Source of the DNA: Aulosira sp. ZfuVER01
Lineage (GTDB): Bacteria > Cyanobacteriota > Cyanobacteriia > Cyanobacteriales > Nostocaceae
DNA: 64,000 nt
Assembly (NCBI GenBank): GCA_034530615.2
Contig: JAVRCV020000068.1
Span: forward strand, 1 to 64,000
Direction: 5' to 3'
Shown: piece by piece, positions 28,009 through 38,856 of the stretch
Layout: each line of letters starts with the position of its first letter
Position numbering within the stretch: position 1 is the first letter of the stretch
Notes under the pieces: generated by a model
Told to the model about the DNA's origin: nothing
Seen by the model: only the letters and a program-made list of their open reading frames with translations
The model's database searches: none
Program-made: the position numbers and the translations under genes

Positions 28009-28401
28009 ATGCTGAAGCGGATGGTTGTTGCTGTTTTGGTTTTTTCGGGTGTAGCGCAGGCTGCTCCTGTAAATAAAGTTGATTATCAACAGATGTATAG
28101 CAAATGCTTGAAGGCGGCTGGCGTTACGAATAATAGTTCAGTGGAGCAGTGTTCGCGCCAAACGTTTAAGGCTTCAGAGCAGGAAATAAATCGCCTCTAC
28201 GGTAAAATTTATCATCAAATTGCATCCCGGCAGGCAGAAGACGCGAAAAAGTTTGAACTTTCTCAAAAGTTTTGGTTGAGCTATCGAGATAGTCATTGCA
28301 AGCTAGCTGGAGCTTATGTTGGTTCACCTATGTACTCATACTGTCCAATGCAGTTAAATATTTCACGGGTTGCTGAATTAAGAGAGTTTGCTGGAGAGTG
28401 A
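28009..28401 (+). CDS. Lysozyme inhibitor LprI (DUF1311) family secreted protein
   Basis: Signal peptide ..AQA and C..., INRLY, SQ..WL.YRD.HC, C......R..EL motifs. Confidence 0.8.
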   Translation: MLKRMVVAVLVFSGVAQAAPVNKVDYQQMYSKCLKAAGVTNNSSVEQCSRQTFKASEQEINRLYGKIYHQIASRQAEDAKKFELSQKFWLSYRDSHCKLAGAYVGSPMYSYCPMQLNISRVAELREFAGE

Positions 28402-28468
28402 GGGAGACGGGCATTGGTAACTTCTTCCCCATGCCCAAAAACTCCATCTCCTTATGGGTGGAGTTTTT
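28402..28468 (-). repeat. Inverted partial copy of the 553-699 hairpin element
   Basis: Reverse complement AAAAACTCCACCCATAAGGAGATGGAGTTTTTGGGCATGGGGAA..CCAATGCCC matches 553-625. Confidence 0.7.
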
Positions 28469-28603
28469 TATTATCAATAAGCTGTTTTTATTGACTGTGC
28501 TACACCCTCCCTATTTATATAAAAGCTAAGGGGGTATGGGTACATCTGATTGCATGGCTGCGGAATGTAATTTGCACGCTCGAAACAGGCAATATCCCAA
28601 CGT

Positions 28604-30439
28604 CTACTCAATTTTGAGGTTAAAGGGTAAGCGTGCGTAAACTCCTTGCGGATCGTTCATTTTTTGCAGAATTGCCAATTCCTGTTGCAGTTTTTGAAAT
28701 TCAGCTGTGAGGGGATTGGAGGGTTTAATTTCTGTGCCTTTGATCCCTAAAGTACTACGCGCCTCTTCAGTTGCTTTACCAAAAAAGCGTTCTTCAAAGC
28801 TGCTATTTTGGGGATATTCTTTTATTTGCCAATCTTTTCCCAACTTTGCTTGTTTAGCAGCATATTCTATAGCAGTACTTAAACCCCCAATTTCATCTAC
28901 TAAACCAATCTCTTTGGCGGCGGTACCTGACCAAACTCTTCCTTGGGCAATTTCTGCTACCTTAGACTCTGGGAGTTTGCGACCTTGAGAAACTTTATTG
29001 AGAAACATATTATAAATACGGTTCACACTGCGCTGGTAAATCGCTAACTCTTGGGGTGATTTGGGGCGAGAAACAGTTTGGCTGTCAGCATAGCGTCCAG
29101 TTTTCACGGAATCCCAAGTAATACCATTATCATTTGCTAACTTTTGACCGTTGAAGAGTAATCCAAATACACCAATAGAACCTGTAATTGTATTCGGTTC
29201 GGCAAAAATGCGGTTGGAATCACTAGCAATCCAGTAACCGCCAGAAGCGGCGACATCTCCCATTGAAACTACAACTGGTTTAACTGCGCGAGTGAGTCGC
29301 ACTTCTCGTTGCATCACTTCAGCGGCGGTAGCGCTACCACCAGGACTGTTAACTCGCAAAATTACAGCTTTGACATTATTATCTTGTCGCAGTTTGTTGA
29401 AGATTTTAGCAAAGCGATCGCCTCCGATTTCGCCATCATCACCTTTGCCATCCACAATTTCGCCTTCAGCATAAACAACCGCAATTTTATTTCTTGATGT
29501 GCGTTCTACATCTAGAGATTTACCAGTAACTTGAGCATAGTTACTTAAACTAATTTGGCGGAAGGTTTTATCATCTTTATCGCTAGCGGTTAACTTTTTC
29601 AGGTCGGTAACTACTTCATCAACATAAGCTACCCGATCTACCAAACCCCGAGATTTTGCTTCTGGTGCTTCTAATACTGCTTGATTATCTGCGATCGCCT
29701 GCAACTTATCAGCGCCAAGTTTACGACTTGCGCCTACAGATGTGCGCCACTCTCCCCAAACATCATCTAACAATTTCTGTGTTTGCTCGCGGTTTTCTGG
29801 ACTCAATTTCGTCAGGATAAAGGGTTCGACAGCTCCCTTAAATTTTCCGACTCGCACCACCTGCACACCAATCCCATACTTCTGCAATGCACCTGCCAAA
29901 AACATCGGCTGCGAACTCAAGCCGTTAACTTCCATCATCCCTAGGGGATTCAGTACAACAGTATCTGCTACTGAACTAAGGTAATATTGTCTTTCGTCCC
30001 AGTCCTTACCATAGGCGACAATCTTTTTCTTCTCAGCCCGGAATTTCTCCAGTGCTTGGCGGATTTCTTTCATGGATGCATAGCCTGCACTATTAGTAGA
30101 GCTAGTGCGTGTTGCATCCAAATAAATACCCACAATTCGGGGATCGCGCCGCGCCTTTTCCAAAGTATCCAAAACGCTGCGGAGCGACATCCGGTTGTCA
30201 TCGACACCCGATAGCGCTTTCTGAAAGAATTCAGCAGACTTAGGTTCGCCATCGGTGATGTTCATTGATAAGTCAAAAACTACTACAGACTTATCTTTGA
30301 CTTCTGGCCCCGTATCTTTGGATGTAGCCGCTGCAAATAACAGCAATAATAATCCAGTAGCTCCAATCCCGCTGAAAATAATCAGTCCTAATAAGCTGCC
30401 TACTAAGCTGGCAAAAGTTTGTTGTAGAAAATTACGCAT
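28604..30439 (-). CDS. sppA: Signal peptide peptidase SppA (67 kDa type, protease IV)
   Basis: VGKFKGAVEPF, LRVNSPGGSA, VSMGDVAASGGYW, TITGSIGVFG and IAQGRVWSG motifs. Confidence 0.95.
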   Translation of the reverse strand: MRNFLQQTFASLVGSLLGLIIFSGIGATGLLLLLFAAATSKDTGPEVKDKSVVVFDLSMNITDGEPKSAEFFQKALSGVDDNRMSLRSVLDTLEKARRDPRIVGIYLDATRTSSTNSAGYASMKEIRQALEKFRAEKKKIVAYGKDWDERQYYLSSVADTVVLNPLGMMEVNGLSSQPMFLAGALQKYGIGVQVVRVGKFKGAVEPFILTKLSPENREQTQKLLDDVWGEWRTSVGASRKLGADKLQAIADNQAVLEAPEAKSRGLVDRVAYVDEVVTDLKKLTASDKDDKTFRQISLSNYAQVTGKSLDVERTSRNKIAVVYAEGEIVDGKGDDGEIGGDRFAKIFNKLRQDNNVKAVILRVNSPGGSATAAEVMQREVRLTRAVKPVVVSMGDVAASGGYWIASDSNRIFAEPNTITGSIGVFGLLFNGQKLANDNGITWDSVKTGRYADSQTVSRPKSPQELAIYQRSVNRIYNMFLNKVSQGRKLPESKVAEIAQGRVWSGTAAKEIGLVDEIGGLSTAIEYAAKQAKLGKDWQIKEYPQNSSFEERFFGKATEEARSTLGIKGTEIKPSNPLTAEFQKLQQELAILQKMNDPQGVYARLPFNLKIE

Positions 30440-30558
30440 TTTAGTTAATAGTTTCTAGTCAATAAGAAGGCAACAGGGAACAGAAAATATTTATTTAAGC
30501 TAGGAAGATTTTATATCTCACCTTGAACATTAGATTCTGTTTGTTACAGATGTAATCA

Positions 30559-31608
30559 TTATTGTATCTGCTGTAAACTTCGCGAATGCTTTAATTGATC
30601 TAAAGTTGCATTCCCAGTACAGAATAAAACTGTAGTGATTTCTGCAATTAATACCTCAACCAAATCCACCAGTGCTGCTTCTGATGTCACTGCTGCTTGC
30701 AGAAATGGCATAGCTAAACCAGCGATATCTGCTCCCAGAGCGATCGCCATTGCAACATCCAGTCCATGACGCAACCCACCTGAGGCAATTAACGGTACAT
30801 GAGGTGCGATCGCGCGAATAGTTTTAATACACTCTGCTGTTGGTAAACCCCAATCAGCGAAAGTCTTCCCCAAGCGGCGTTGCAAATCATTATCCGCCCG
30901 TTCGCTTTCTACTTTCGCCCAAGAAGTTCCTCCCGCACCTGCCACATCAATCGCCCTTACCCCAGCCGCGAGTAATTTCTCTGCCATTGCTGCGGAAATC
31001 CCATTCCCTACTTCCTTGACAATCACTGGCACTGGCAATTTAAAACATAAAATAGCAATCTTGTCAAGCAATCCCCGAAAATTGGTATCACCTTTAGATT
31101 GAATGCATTCTTGTAAAGGGTTGAGATGCAAAATCAAGGCATCAGCTTCTAAAATATCAACTACCCGCAGACATTCCTCTAAACCATACTTATAGTTAAG
31201 TTGCACCGCACCCAAATTAGCCAATAACAAAACATCAGGGGCATACTTGCGCACTGCAAAGGTATCAGCTACCTGGGGTTTTTCCACTGCTACACGCTGA
31301 GAACCAACGCCCATTGCAATTTTGTATTCTTGGGCAACTTGCGCCAAACGCTGATTGATTGTTCCTGCTTGTTCGGTTCCTCCAGTCATGGAAGAAATTA
31401 ACAAAGGTGCGCCTAGGTGTTTTCCCAAAAAATTTGTACTGATATCTATATCATTGCGGTCTAGTTCTGGTAAGCAACAATGGGTAAAACGATAGCGCTC
31501 TAGTCCATTAGTTATTTGGTGACATTGAACATCTTCTTCTAGACAAATGCGAATATGCTCCGCTTTACGAGACTGGGTTTGATCTGAGTTGTTGTTAGGG
31601 ACGTTCAC
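30559..31608 (-). CDS. fni: Type 2 isopentenyl-diphosphate delta-isomerase
   Basis: [43 protein letters not shown] and IASGGLR motifs. Confidence 0.95.
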   Translation of the reverse strand: MNVPNNNSDQTQSRKAEHIRICLEEDVQCHQITNGLERYRFTHCCLPELDRNDIDISTNFLGKHLGAPLLISSMTGGTEQAGTINQRLAQVAQEYKIAMGVGSQRVAVEKPQVADTFAVRKYAPDVLLLANLGAVQLNYKYGLEECLRVVDILEADALILHLNPLQECIQSKGDTNFRGLLDKIAILCFKLPVPVIVKEVGNGISAAMAEKLLAAGVRAIDVAGAGGTSWAKVESERADNDLQRRLGKTFADWGLPTAECIKTIRAIAPHVPLIASGGLRHGLDVAMAIALGADIAGLAMPFLQAAVTSEAALVDLVEVLIAEITTVLFCTGNATLDQLKHSRSLQQIQ

Positions 31609-31719
31609 TGGTATATCAAAATCAAAGCTGTTGCGATTACTATTGTTACAGGCTCAGGGATTCTGGGAAACGGTATAAGTAAGATTGGGCATGGGGCATT
31701 GCCTACCAAAATCCAAATA

Positions 31720-34700
31720 TCAATTTTTACCAATTAACTCAGTAATGGCTTCAACCAGTGTAACCGGATCGACTGGCTTAGAAATATGTCTTTGAAACCC
31801 TGCTGTGAGGGCCTGCTGGTAGTCAATTTCCCCAGCATAAGCGGTGAGAGCGATCGCCTGAATTTGTCCTCCCTGTTCTGGCGGCATGGATCTTACCTGT
31901 CGCATTAACATATATCCATCCATTTCTGGCATTCCAATGTCGCTCAAGAGTATATCTGGCTGGAACTGAGTAAAAGCTATGAGGGCTTCGTTGGCGGAAG
32001 GAACTGCGGCGATCGTTGCACCATGCTGTTCTAGCAAGAAAGCAATAAATTCTCTGGTATCTGTATTATCATCCACGAATAAAATTTTTATACCCTTTAA
32101 ATCTCCGGCTGGCTCAGACTGTTGTGGATCTTGATGAATCTGAGATTGATTGTGCATCAATGGCAATTTCACCGTAAAGGTTGCACCCCGATCGATACCG
32201 GGGCTTTCCGCAGAGACTGTACCACCATGCAATTCAACTAAATGATGGACGATCGCCAACCCCAAACCCAATCCCCCAAATTTGCGGGTTGTGGCTGCAT
32301 CTGCTTGGCGAAAGTAGTCAAATACATAGGGAAGGAAATTAGGCTCAATTCCTTTCCCTGTATCACTGACGGTGATTTGAGCTACAGAGCTAATTTGTTC
32401 GAGCCGAATCTCAACTCGCCCGCCTTCTGGTGTAAATTTGACGGCGTTGGAGAGAAGATTCCAAATCACTTGCTGCAAGCGATTGGCATCACCAGCCACT
32501 TGGCCAATATTTGCTGCTAATGTCGTCTGTATTTGAATTGATTTGGCTTCAGCTGCTAACCTTACCGTTTCTATTGCTGCTTGAATTGTCGCAATTAAAT
32601 TAACAGGACAGACATTGAGGCTGAGTTTACCCCGCAGAATTCGGGAAACATCCAGCAGATCCTCAATGAGATCGGCTTGTAATTTGGCGTTGCGCTCGAT
32701 CGTAGATAAAGCTTGCGCTGTCTGGGTGGCATCAAGTTTTTGAGTGCGTAATAACTTTGACCAGCCTAATATTGGGTTGAGAGGCGATCGCAACTCGTGA
32801 GACAGTACTGCTAAAAATTCATCTTTGATGCGATTGGCTTGTTGAGATGCTTCGTAAAGTCGAACATTGTCAATTGCTGAGGCTGCCATCTGCGCCAGTT
32901 GCACTAAAATCGCTTCGTCTTCGGCGGTGAATTCGCCCTCATATTTATCAGAAAGCTGAATCAAGCCGAGATTTTTCCCATTCCGGCTGATCAGAGGTAC
33001 AGCCAGCCAACCGCGCATCGGCGGATGTTTACCCCCAGCCTTGCCAAATTTATTCCAACTCGGATGTGCTTCTAGTTCCGCCTGAGTCAACCGGATTGGC
33101 TGTTGTGTGCGGCAAATCAACGTATAAATTCCTGAGCCATCGGGGTTTTCGTTGTAGTTGCGCCACTTGGCATATTTATCGGAAAGCGAGATTGTATGAA
33201 TTCCCTGTGCCCAGTCATCATCAACTGTCATGCTAGTGACGGACTGGTGCGCGCCAATAATATCGCGGGCTTGCTCTGTAATTAATTGCAGTCTTTCGTT
33301 CAGCGATATTACTGAGTTAATCGTCAGGGATGCCTCAGCTAACTTTTGTAACCGGGATGTGTGCTGCTGCTCGCGAGCCAGTAACCTAGCGCGTTCTGCC
33401 TCATTACGTTTCCGTTCCGTGATATCTAGCACGATCGCGATTGTAGACTGGGGTTTGCCAGATGCATCACAAATTGCCGCCACGCTACTGCTCACCCATA
33501 CCAGAGAAGCATCTTTGCGGATGTAACGTTTCTCGATAGTGAAGTCATTTCCTGACGTTACCAAAGTTTGAAAAAGCTCTGTTTGTAAAGGCCAATCGTC
33601 GGGATGAATAATTTCTTCTAGGCTTGTTTGTAATAATTCTGACGTTGAATAACCAAGGATGTCGCAATACTTCTGGTTTACTAGCAGGAATCGACCTGTC
33701 AAATCGGTTTGCGCGATTCCCACTGCTGCTTGGTTGACGATCGCCCGAAATCTCTCTTCGCTGGCGCTGAGTGCTGCTTCTGCCCGTTTGCGAGCCGTAA
33801 TATCGCGAAAATAAACGGCTACACCATCTGAAGATGGGTAAGCGTGGATTTCCAACCACTTATCCATCGGTTCCACAAACTCTTCAAAGACAACGGAAAC
33901 CTTTTCTTTGACAGCATAGTGAAGTTTTTCATATCCCAAACTTGGTACTAATTCCGGAAATACCTCTTGCCATACCTGCTTACCGAGCAATTCTTCCTGG
34001 GATTTTTCTAATAGTCTTGTAGCTTGTTCGTTAGCGTAGGTGTAGTGCCACTCGCGATCAAAGGCCACAAAAGCATCGGTAATACTTTCGAGAATATTGC
34101 TAATTTGACTGCGGGCTGCTTCAGTTTGAATTCGCAGTTCTTGCTCTCGCCGTACTGCTTGTTGACGCATCTGCGCCATCTTCAAATTTGCTTCGACACG
34201 AGCCAGCAACTCCCGGGCTGAAAACGGCTTGATGAGGTAATCGTCGGCTCCAGCTTCTAAACCTTCAATGCGGGACTCCTCCCCAGCACGGGCAGAAAGC
34301 AGAATAATCGGCATTTCTCTGGTATGTGGGTCAGATCGTAGCTCTTGTAATAAACCTAACCCATCTAATCTAGGCATCATAATATCGGTCAGCACGAGAT
34401 CGGGTGGATGCTGACGCATAGCAGTTAAAGCCGCCAAGCCATCTTCTACTACCTCTACCTCATACCCTTGAGCTAACAGCAAACGCTGCACATACTCGCG
34501 CATATCAGCGTTATCGTCAGCTAAGAGAATACGAGCAGAGTCAGACGCAAGAACGCGGGGATATACAGACGCGGGGAATGTTGGCGATATTTTCTCTGCG
34601 TCTTCCAGCCTTTGCGTTCCCGTGTCCTCTTGCGGTAGCCAACGCAAGGCTTCTTCCACATAAGCAGCTGCACCTATTGCAGTTGATGCTAACGAACGAG

Positions 34701-36459
34701 TTATCTGAGTTTGACTTGCGGCAAATTTTGGTAAATGAGCCGTTCCTGTAGGAATTGATACTTTAAAACTGCTACCTTGGTTGATAATACTGGTGACTTC
34801 GATAGTACCGTGATGCAATTGCACGAGTTCTTGAACCAAGGAAAGACCAATTCCTGAGCCTTCATAAGTTCTTCCCCTGGCTCCCTGTACCCGATGAAAG
34901 CGCTCAAATAAGTGAGGTATTTCTTCAGCAGGAATACCTGTGCCCGTATCTCGCACCTCCAGCTCCACGCGATCGCGACAATCACGCAAGCTAACGGCAA
35001 TCTCTCCTGCAAAAGTAAACTTAAAAGCGTTAGAAAGCAAGTTGAGGACAATTTTTTCCCACATTTCCCGATCTACATACATGGGTTCAGGTAGCGGGGG
35101 ACACTCGACTACCAGGCGTATCCCGGCTCGTTCGATCGCAGATCTAAAAACTCCTGCCAAGTCTGTGGTAAATATTGCCAAGTCTGTTGGTTCGTACACC
35201 GCCTGAACTCTACCTGCTTCAATCCGGGAGAAGTCGAGTAGTGTATTCACCAGCTTCAGCAATCGCAAGGAGTTCCGATGTACAATCTCCAACTGTTCGC
35301 GATCGCTTGGTAATAGCCCAGAAGAATCAGCGAGGATATCTTCTAAGGGGCCAAGCATGAGGGTGAGGGGAGTGCGGAATTCGTGACTGACGTTGCTAAA
35401 GAAAACGGTTTTTGCCCGATCGATTTCTGCTAAGGCTTCGGCGCGTTTGCGTTCTTCTTCGTATGCTTGAGCGTTGGCAATGCTAGCCCCAATCTGAGAT
35501 GAAACTAAATCGATGAATCTTTGATAGTTGTCGTCAAAAATTCTAAACGGGTTCAAGCCAGCAATTAAGATCCCAGCTTTTCCCGTCTGTCCTGATGGTG
35601 CGATCGGCACCGCGATCGCCTGATGGGGAGGACGTTGCCAAGCACCTGTTGGCAGGTTAACAAAAGACGCTGCCAAATTAGAAACTAGGGCTGGCTTCTG
35701 CGTTCTGATGATTTCTGCAAAAGGCCAAACCGAATCGGCATTAAGATCGACTTTTTGCGGAACTGCCGCATGGTCTGGTTCGATCCCACAAGTCCCCGTC
35801 AACAGCACACACTGCCGATCTGGATCGACCAGATAAATCATTGCGAAGGGGAGGTCATAAGGGTTAGTTGCCAAACAACTCGCACTCAGAGTACAAGCTG
35901 CATGGAATGTGCGCGCGTCTGCTGTTCTCGCCGCTAATTCCCGCAGTAGTGCCAACTGACGTTCGCTAATAATTCGCTGCGTGTCGTCTGAGTTGGCACA
36001 AATAATGCCACCTGTACCACCTTGGTCATTAGGGACTGGGCTATATGAAAATGTATAATATGTTTCCTCCGGGTAGCCGTTGCGCTCCATAATCAGTAGT
36101 AGCGCTTCGTCGTAAGTACCCTCATTCTTCAATAGTGCTGATTCTGCCCGCGGCCCAACCTGATCCCAAATCTCCCGCCACACATAAGCAGCTGGCTGTC
36201 CTAGAGCAGAGGGATGTTTGCCACCAACAATCGCCTTGTAAGCATCATTGTAAAGGTTAATAAGTTCCGAACCCCACCAGACAAACATTGGTTGGCGGGA
36301 GGTTAGCATAATTCGCACGCAAGTCTTGAGACTCTGCGGCCATGCTGATACCGGACCCAAAGACGTTTGTGACCAATCGAAAGATTGCATGAGCATTCCC
36401 ATCTCTCCACCACCAGCAAAAATGTTTTCGATGCTAGTGGCTTTCATCTCTTGAGTCAC
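31720..36459 (-). CDS. Hybrid sensor kinase with two kinase/receiver modules (PAS-like-GAF-HisKA-HATPase-REC-PAS-PAS-GAF-HisKA-HATPase-REC)
   Basis: H-boxes SHEFRTPL and SHELRSPL, two N/G boxes, and receivers LLADDN..TDIMMP and FVDDN..SDIGMP. Confidence 0.92.
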   Translation of the reverse strand: MTQEMKATSIENIFAGGGEMGMLMQSFDWSQTSLGPVSAWPQSLKTCVRIMLTSRQPMFVWWGSELINLYNDAYKAIVGGKHPSALGQPAAYVWREIWDQVGPRAESALLKNEGTYDEALLLIMERNGYPEETYYTFSYSPVPNDQGGTGGIICANSDDTQRIISERQLALLRELAARTADARTFHAACTLSASCLATNPYDLPFAMIYLVDPDRQCVLLTGTCGIEPDHAAVPQKVDLNADSVWPFAEIIRTQKPALVSNLAASFVNLPTGAWQRPPHQAIAVPIAPSGQTGKAGILIAGLNPFRIFDDNYQRFIDLVSSQIGASIANAQAYEEERKRAEALAEIDRAKTVFFSNVSHEFRTPLTLMLGPLEDILADSSGLLPSDREQLEIVHRNSLRLLKLVNTLLDFSRIEAGRVQAVYEPTDLAIFTTDLAGVFRSAIERAGIRLVVECPPLPEPMYVDREMWEKIVLNLLSNAFKFTFAGEIAVSLRDCRDRVELEVRDTGTGIPAEEIPHLFERFHRVQGARGRTYEGSGIGLSLVQELVQLHHGTIEVTSIINQGSSFKVSIPTGTAHLPKFAASQTQITRSLASTAIGAAAYVEEALRWLPQEDTGTQRLEDAEKISPTFPASVYPRVLASDSARILLADDNADMREYVQRLLLAQGYEVEVVEDGLAALTAMRQHPPDLVLTDIMMPRLDGLGLLQELRSDPHTREMPIILLSARAGEESRIEGLEAGADDYLIKPFSARELLARVEANLKMAQMRQQAVRREQELRIQTEAARSQISNILESITDAFVAFDREWHYTYANEQATRLLEKSQEELLGKQVWQEVFPELVPSLGYEKLHYAVKEKVSVVFEEFVEPMDKWLEIHAYPSSDGVAVYFRDITARKRAEAALSASEERFRAIVNQAAVGIAQTDLTGRFLLVNQKYCDILGYSTSELLQTSLEEIIHPDDWPLQTELFQTLVTSGNDFTIEKRYIRKDASLVWVSSSVAAICDASGKPQSTIAIVLDITERKRNEAERARLLAREQQHTSRLQKLAEASLTINSVISLNERLQLITEQARDIIGAHQSVTSMTVDDDWAQGIHTISLSDKYAKWRNYNENPDGSGIYTLICRTQQPIRLTQAELEAHPSWNKFGKAGGKHPPMRGWLAVPLISRNGKNLGLIQLSDKYEGEFTAEDEAILVQLAQMAASAIDNVRLYEASQQANRIKDEFLAVLSHELRSPLNPILGWSKLLRTQKLDATQTAQALSTIERNAKLQADLIEDLLDVSRILRGKLSLNVCPVNLIATIQAAIETVRLAAEAKSIQIQTTLAANIGQVAGDANRLQQVIWNLLSNAVKFTPEGGRVEIRLEQISSVAQITVSDTGKGIEPNFLPYVFDYFRQADAATTRKFGGLGLGLAIVHHLVELHGGTVSAESPGIDRGATFTVKLPLMHNQSQIHQDPQQSEPAGDLKGIKILFVDDNTDTREFIAFLLEQHGATIAAVPSANEALIAFTQFQPDILLSDIGMPEMDGYMLMRQVRSMPPEQGGQIQAIALTAYAGEIDYQQALTAGFQRHISKPVDPVTLVEAITELIGKN

Positions 36460-36783
36460 AAGTCTTGGCTCCTCATGCTCGACAATATTTCTTTTGCAGC
36501 TCTTGAGTGCGATCGCTCATTGGTATGGTAAAGCTTAAATTCACTCCCATATTTAAGGTCAAGTTTTTTTAGTTTGGGTTTCCAGGAGCATTTGCGATGC
36601 CATGAAACTCCGATCTGTGAACTGGATTTGTGATAGTTAGCGGCACTATTGAGTCTCACCAACCAACTCCGCGAAGCTTGTTTGGCGATCGCGGATATCT
36701 AGCGCAGTTAACTTTGCTTTTCTAGACCAGACTTTACCACGTAGTATATTGCTCTTTGTTCTGTCACAAGACACATAAAGGAC

Positions 36784-36808
36784 AAAAAATACCCCAACGG
36801 TTGGGGTA
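36784..36808 (-). terminator. Intrinsic terminator downstream of the double-glycine peptide gene
   Basis: Minus strand TACCCCAA-CCG-TTGGGGTA followed by TTTTTT. Confidence 0.7.
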
Positions 36809-36865
36809 CAGCATCAGTAAGTTGAGTTGTCTAACCAAGGTTCTACGGCTGCAATATCTCTAACT

Positions 36866-37156
36866 TCACCTTCTGCCAAAGAATCTGGCAAACCCAGATA
36901 AAAAGCTCATAACGTCGCTAACTGAGTCAAAGCCCAAACCAACCACTTGAAATGCAGCAGTAGATATAGAAGAAGAGCTAAAAATAGAATTGCTACCAAA
37001 ACCCCTACGTCTTGAATTTTTTCGCACAGAAGAAAATACATCCCTCTGCTCGTACATTGACCCTGATAAGAAAATATCAATTCCACCTGAAACTTGGTCG
37101 AGTTCTTCGTTTGATAATTCAACGGGAGCGTTATTTATAACTTTCTCACTAGACAT
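36866..37156 (-). CDS. Double-glycine leader peptide (cyanobacterial CTB-type bacteriocin-like precursor)
   Basis: MSSEKVINNAPVELSNEELDQVSGG leader and a Ser/Phe-rich core. ATG 37156 has an AAGGA SD, giving 96 aa. Confidence 0.75.
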   Translation of the reverse strand: MSSEKVINNAPVELSNEELDQVSGGIDIFLSGSMYEQRDVFSSVRKNSRRRGFGSNSIFSSSSISTAAFQVVGLGFDSVSDVMSFLSGFARFFGRR

Positions 37157-37614
37157 GATTTTTTCCTTATCAATAGCTATTGATACTGAGATATCTCTCT
37201 GGAAAGAGAACTTATGCACTATCGCCTTAAATCCTGAAAGGAAATATTCGGATTGAGGCTGACCAAGAACGAACACCATTACCGCTTAACTACATTTAAC
37301 TATTAATTGAAAATTCATTAGTTTTACTTATAGAAAAGCGATAATTAGTTCTTGGTATTAAACAGACAAAATATAGATACAACTCACGGTTGAATATTTT
37401 CGTTCAACGGTTAAGAAAAATTTTGCGATTTACGAACTTTACTAAGTAAGTGTAGACTCGTAGCCATTCACAAGAAAATCTCAGCACCAAGCACAAAAAA
37501 GGAGCATTAATCATTTGTTTACTTGACTAACGCTCCTTCCCATGCTTAAGTTTTAAGCTATTATTCTCAGGAATTTATTCCTAAATTTTCAAGTACTCCT
37601 CGCTACATTTCCAA

Positions 37615-38739
37615 TTAATGATGGTGATGGTGGTGGTGATGATGATGTCCATCTAGTTGAGGGTTAACTGCGATCGCTTCTTCTGCTCTCAACTCGCTAA
37701 TATGAGACTCTGCCCATTGCGCTACCATTGCCAAAAATTCAGGATGGTCATTAACGCATGGCATTTGTACGTAATTCACATCAGGATGTTTTTTCTCCAC
37801 CGCATGAATAATATGGTGAACATCCAATAAAGTTTCGTGATTTTCTGTGGCAAAACCAATAGGCATAAAAATTACCACTTTGGCACCCAATTGAATCAGG
37901 TTTTTAGCAGCTTGTTCGGCATTTGGTAGCGTCCATTCAATTAGGGGGGTGTCATGGTTAAGCCAACCTACAGAAATTAAAGGATAGCGGTTAATCAACT
38001 TTTCCCTTACCAATTCATATAGTGCTTGGCTTTCGGTAATCCCTGAGGTGAATCCTTTGGCTTTGTGGGGACAACCGTGATTCATCAAGATAATGCCGAT
38101 TTGAGAAGGTAAGTAGGTTGCGGCTAAATCAGCGTTAATTTTCTCCTCTACGATATTAGCCATTAAATCAATGTAGGCTGGCTCGTTGTAGAACGAAGGA
38201 ATATAGCGCAATCCTTTTACCCAATGTTCATCGCCATCAGCCATTTCGGCTAAAGCATTATTTACCTGCTCGATCGCAATCCCACTAGTAAAGATAGAAT
38301 CAACCACCAGTAGGGGATAAATTAAGATTTTGTCGAAGCCTTGGTTTTTAATTTCTGCTAAGACTTGTTTGGGTAAAAAAGGAGCGCAGAAGTTGAAAGC
38401 TTTGAAAACTTGAACGCTATCACCCCACTTTTCTTGTAAAAGCTTTTCCAGTCCAGCGCGTTGCTGTTCAAAGATGGCATTATGTGGGGAAATAAAATCG
38501 TGATGTGTGTGTCCCCATTCATGGCGGTCAAATAAGGCCAAAAGCTTTGCTAGGGGTGGGTAAATCCAAGTTGGGACTGGTGCGAATTTTGCTGTCAGTA
38601 GATTTAAAGCCTGTTCGTTATAGTTAGCGAAATCTTCGTAGCTTTCGACTTCGCCGTAGCCCATGAGCAATACGGCTACTCGGTCTTGACGTGATGATTG
38701 CTCGTGGGTATGTTGTACTTTTTCCGGCGTGGCTACCAC
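37615..38739 (-). CDS. Ferrochelatase-family class II chelatase with C-terminal His10 tail
   Basis: VLLMGYG, SP, MNHGCP and MPIGFATENHETLLD motifs. Lacks the CAB domain and ends GHHHHHHHHHH. Confidence 0.85.
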   Translation of the reverse strand: MVATPEKVQHTHEQSSRQDRVAVLLMGYGEVESYEDFANYNEQALNLLTAKFAPVPTWIYPPLAKLLALFDRHEWGHTHHDFISPHNAIFEQQRAGLEKLLQEKWGDSVQVFKAFNFCAPFLPKQVLAEIKNQGFDKILIYPLLVVDSIFTSGIAIEQVNNALAEMADGDEHWVKGLRYIPSFYNEPAYIDLMANIVEEKINADLAATYLPSQIGIILMNHGCPHKAKGFTSGITESQALYELVREKLINRYPLISVGWLNHDTPLIEWTLPNAEQAAKNLIQLGAKVVIFMPIGFATENHETLLDVHHIIHAVEKKHPDVNYVQMPCVNDHPEFLAMVAQWAESHISELRAEEAIAVNPQLDGHHHHHHHHHH

Positions 38740-38837
38740 AGTGAGTTCCTCAATATAACCAGAATAGAAAGAAGTATCAAAGAAATAATTTGATTATTTC
38801 CCTGCTTTGTAAACTAATATCCCATCCGGGGGGATAG

Positions 38838-38856
38838 GATAATTACAATCATCATA
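38838..38856. promoter_or_regulatory. Candidate Fur-family (Fur/Zur) box
   Basis: GATAATTACAATCATCATA matches the classical GATAATGATAATCATTATC at 15/19, about 100 nt upstream of the chelatase start. Confidence 0.4.

Noticed and set aside
36456..36662. 68-aa ORF whose stop overlaps the kinase GTG
   Set aside because: TTG start, no SD and no family features. Probably the kinase's promoter/leader region.
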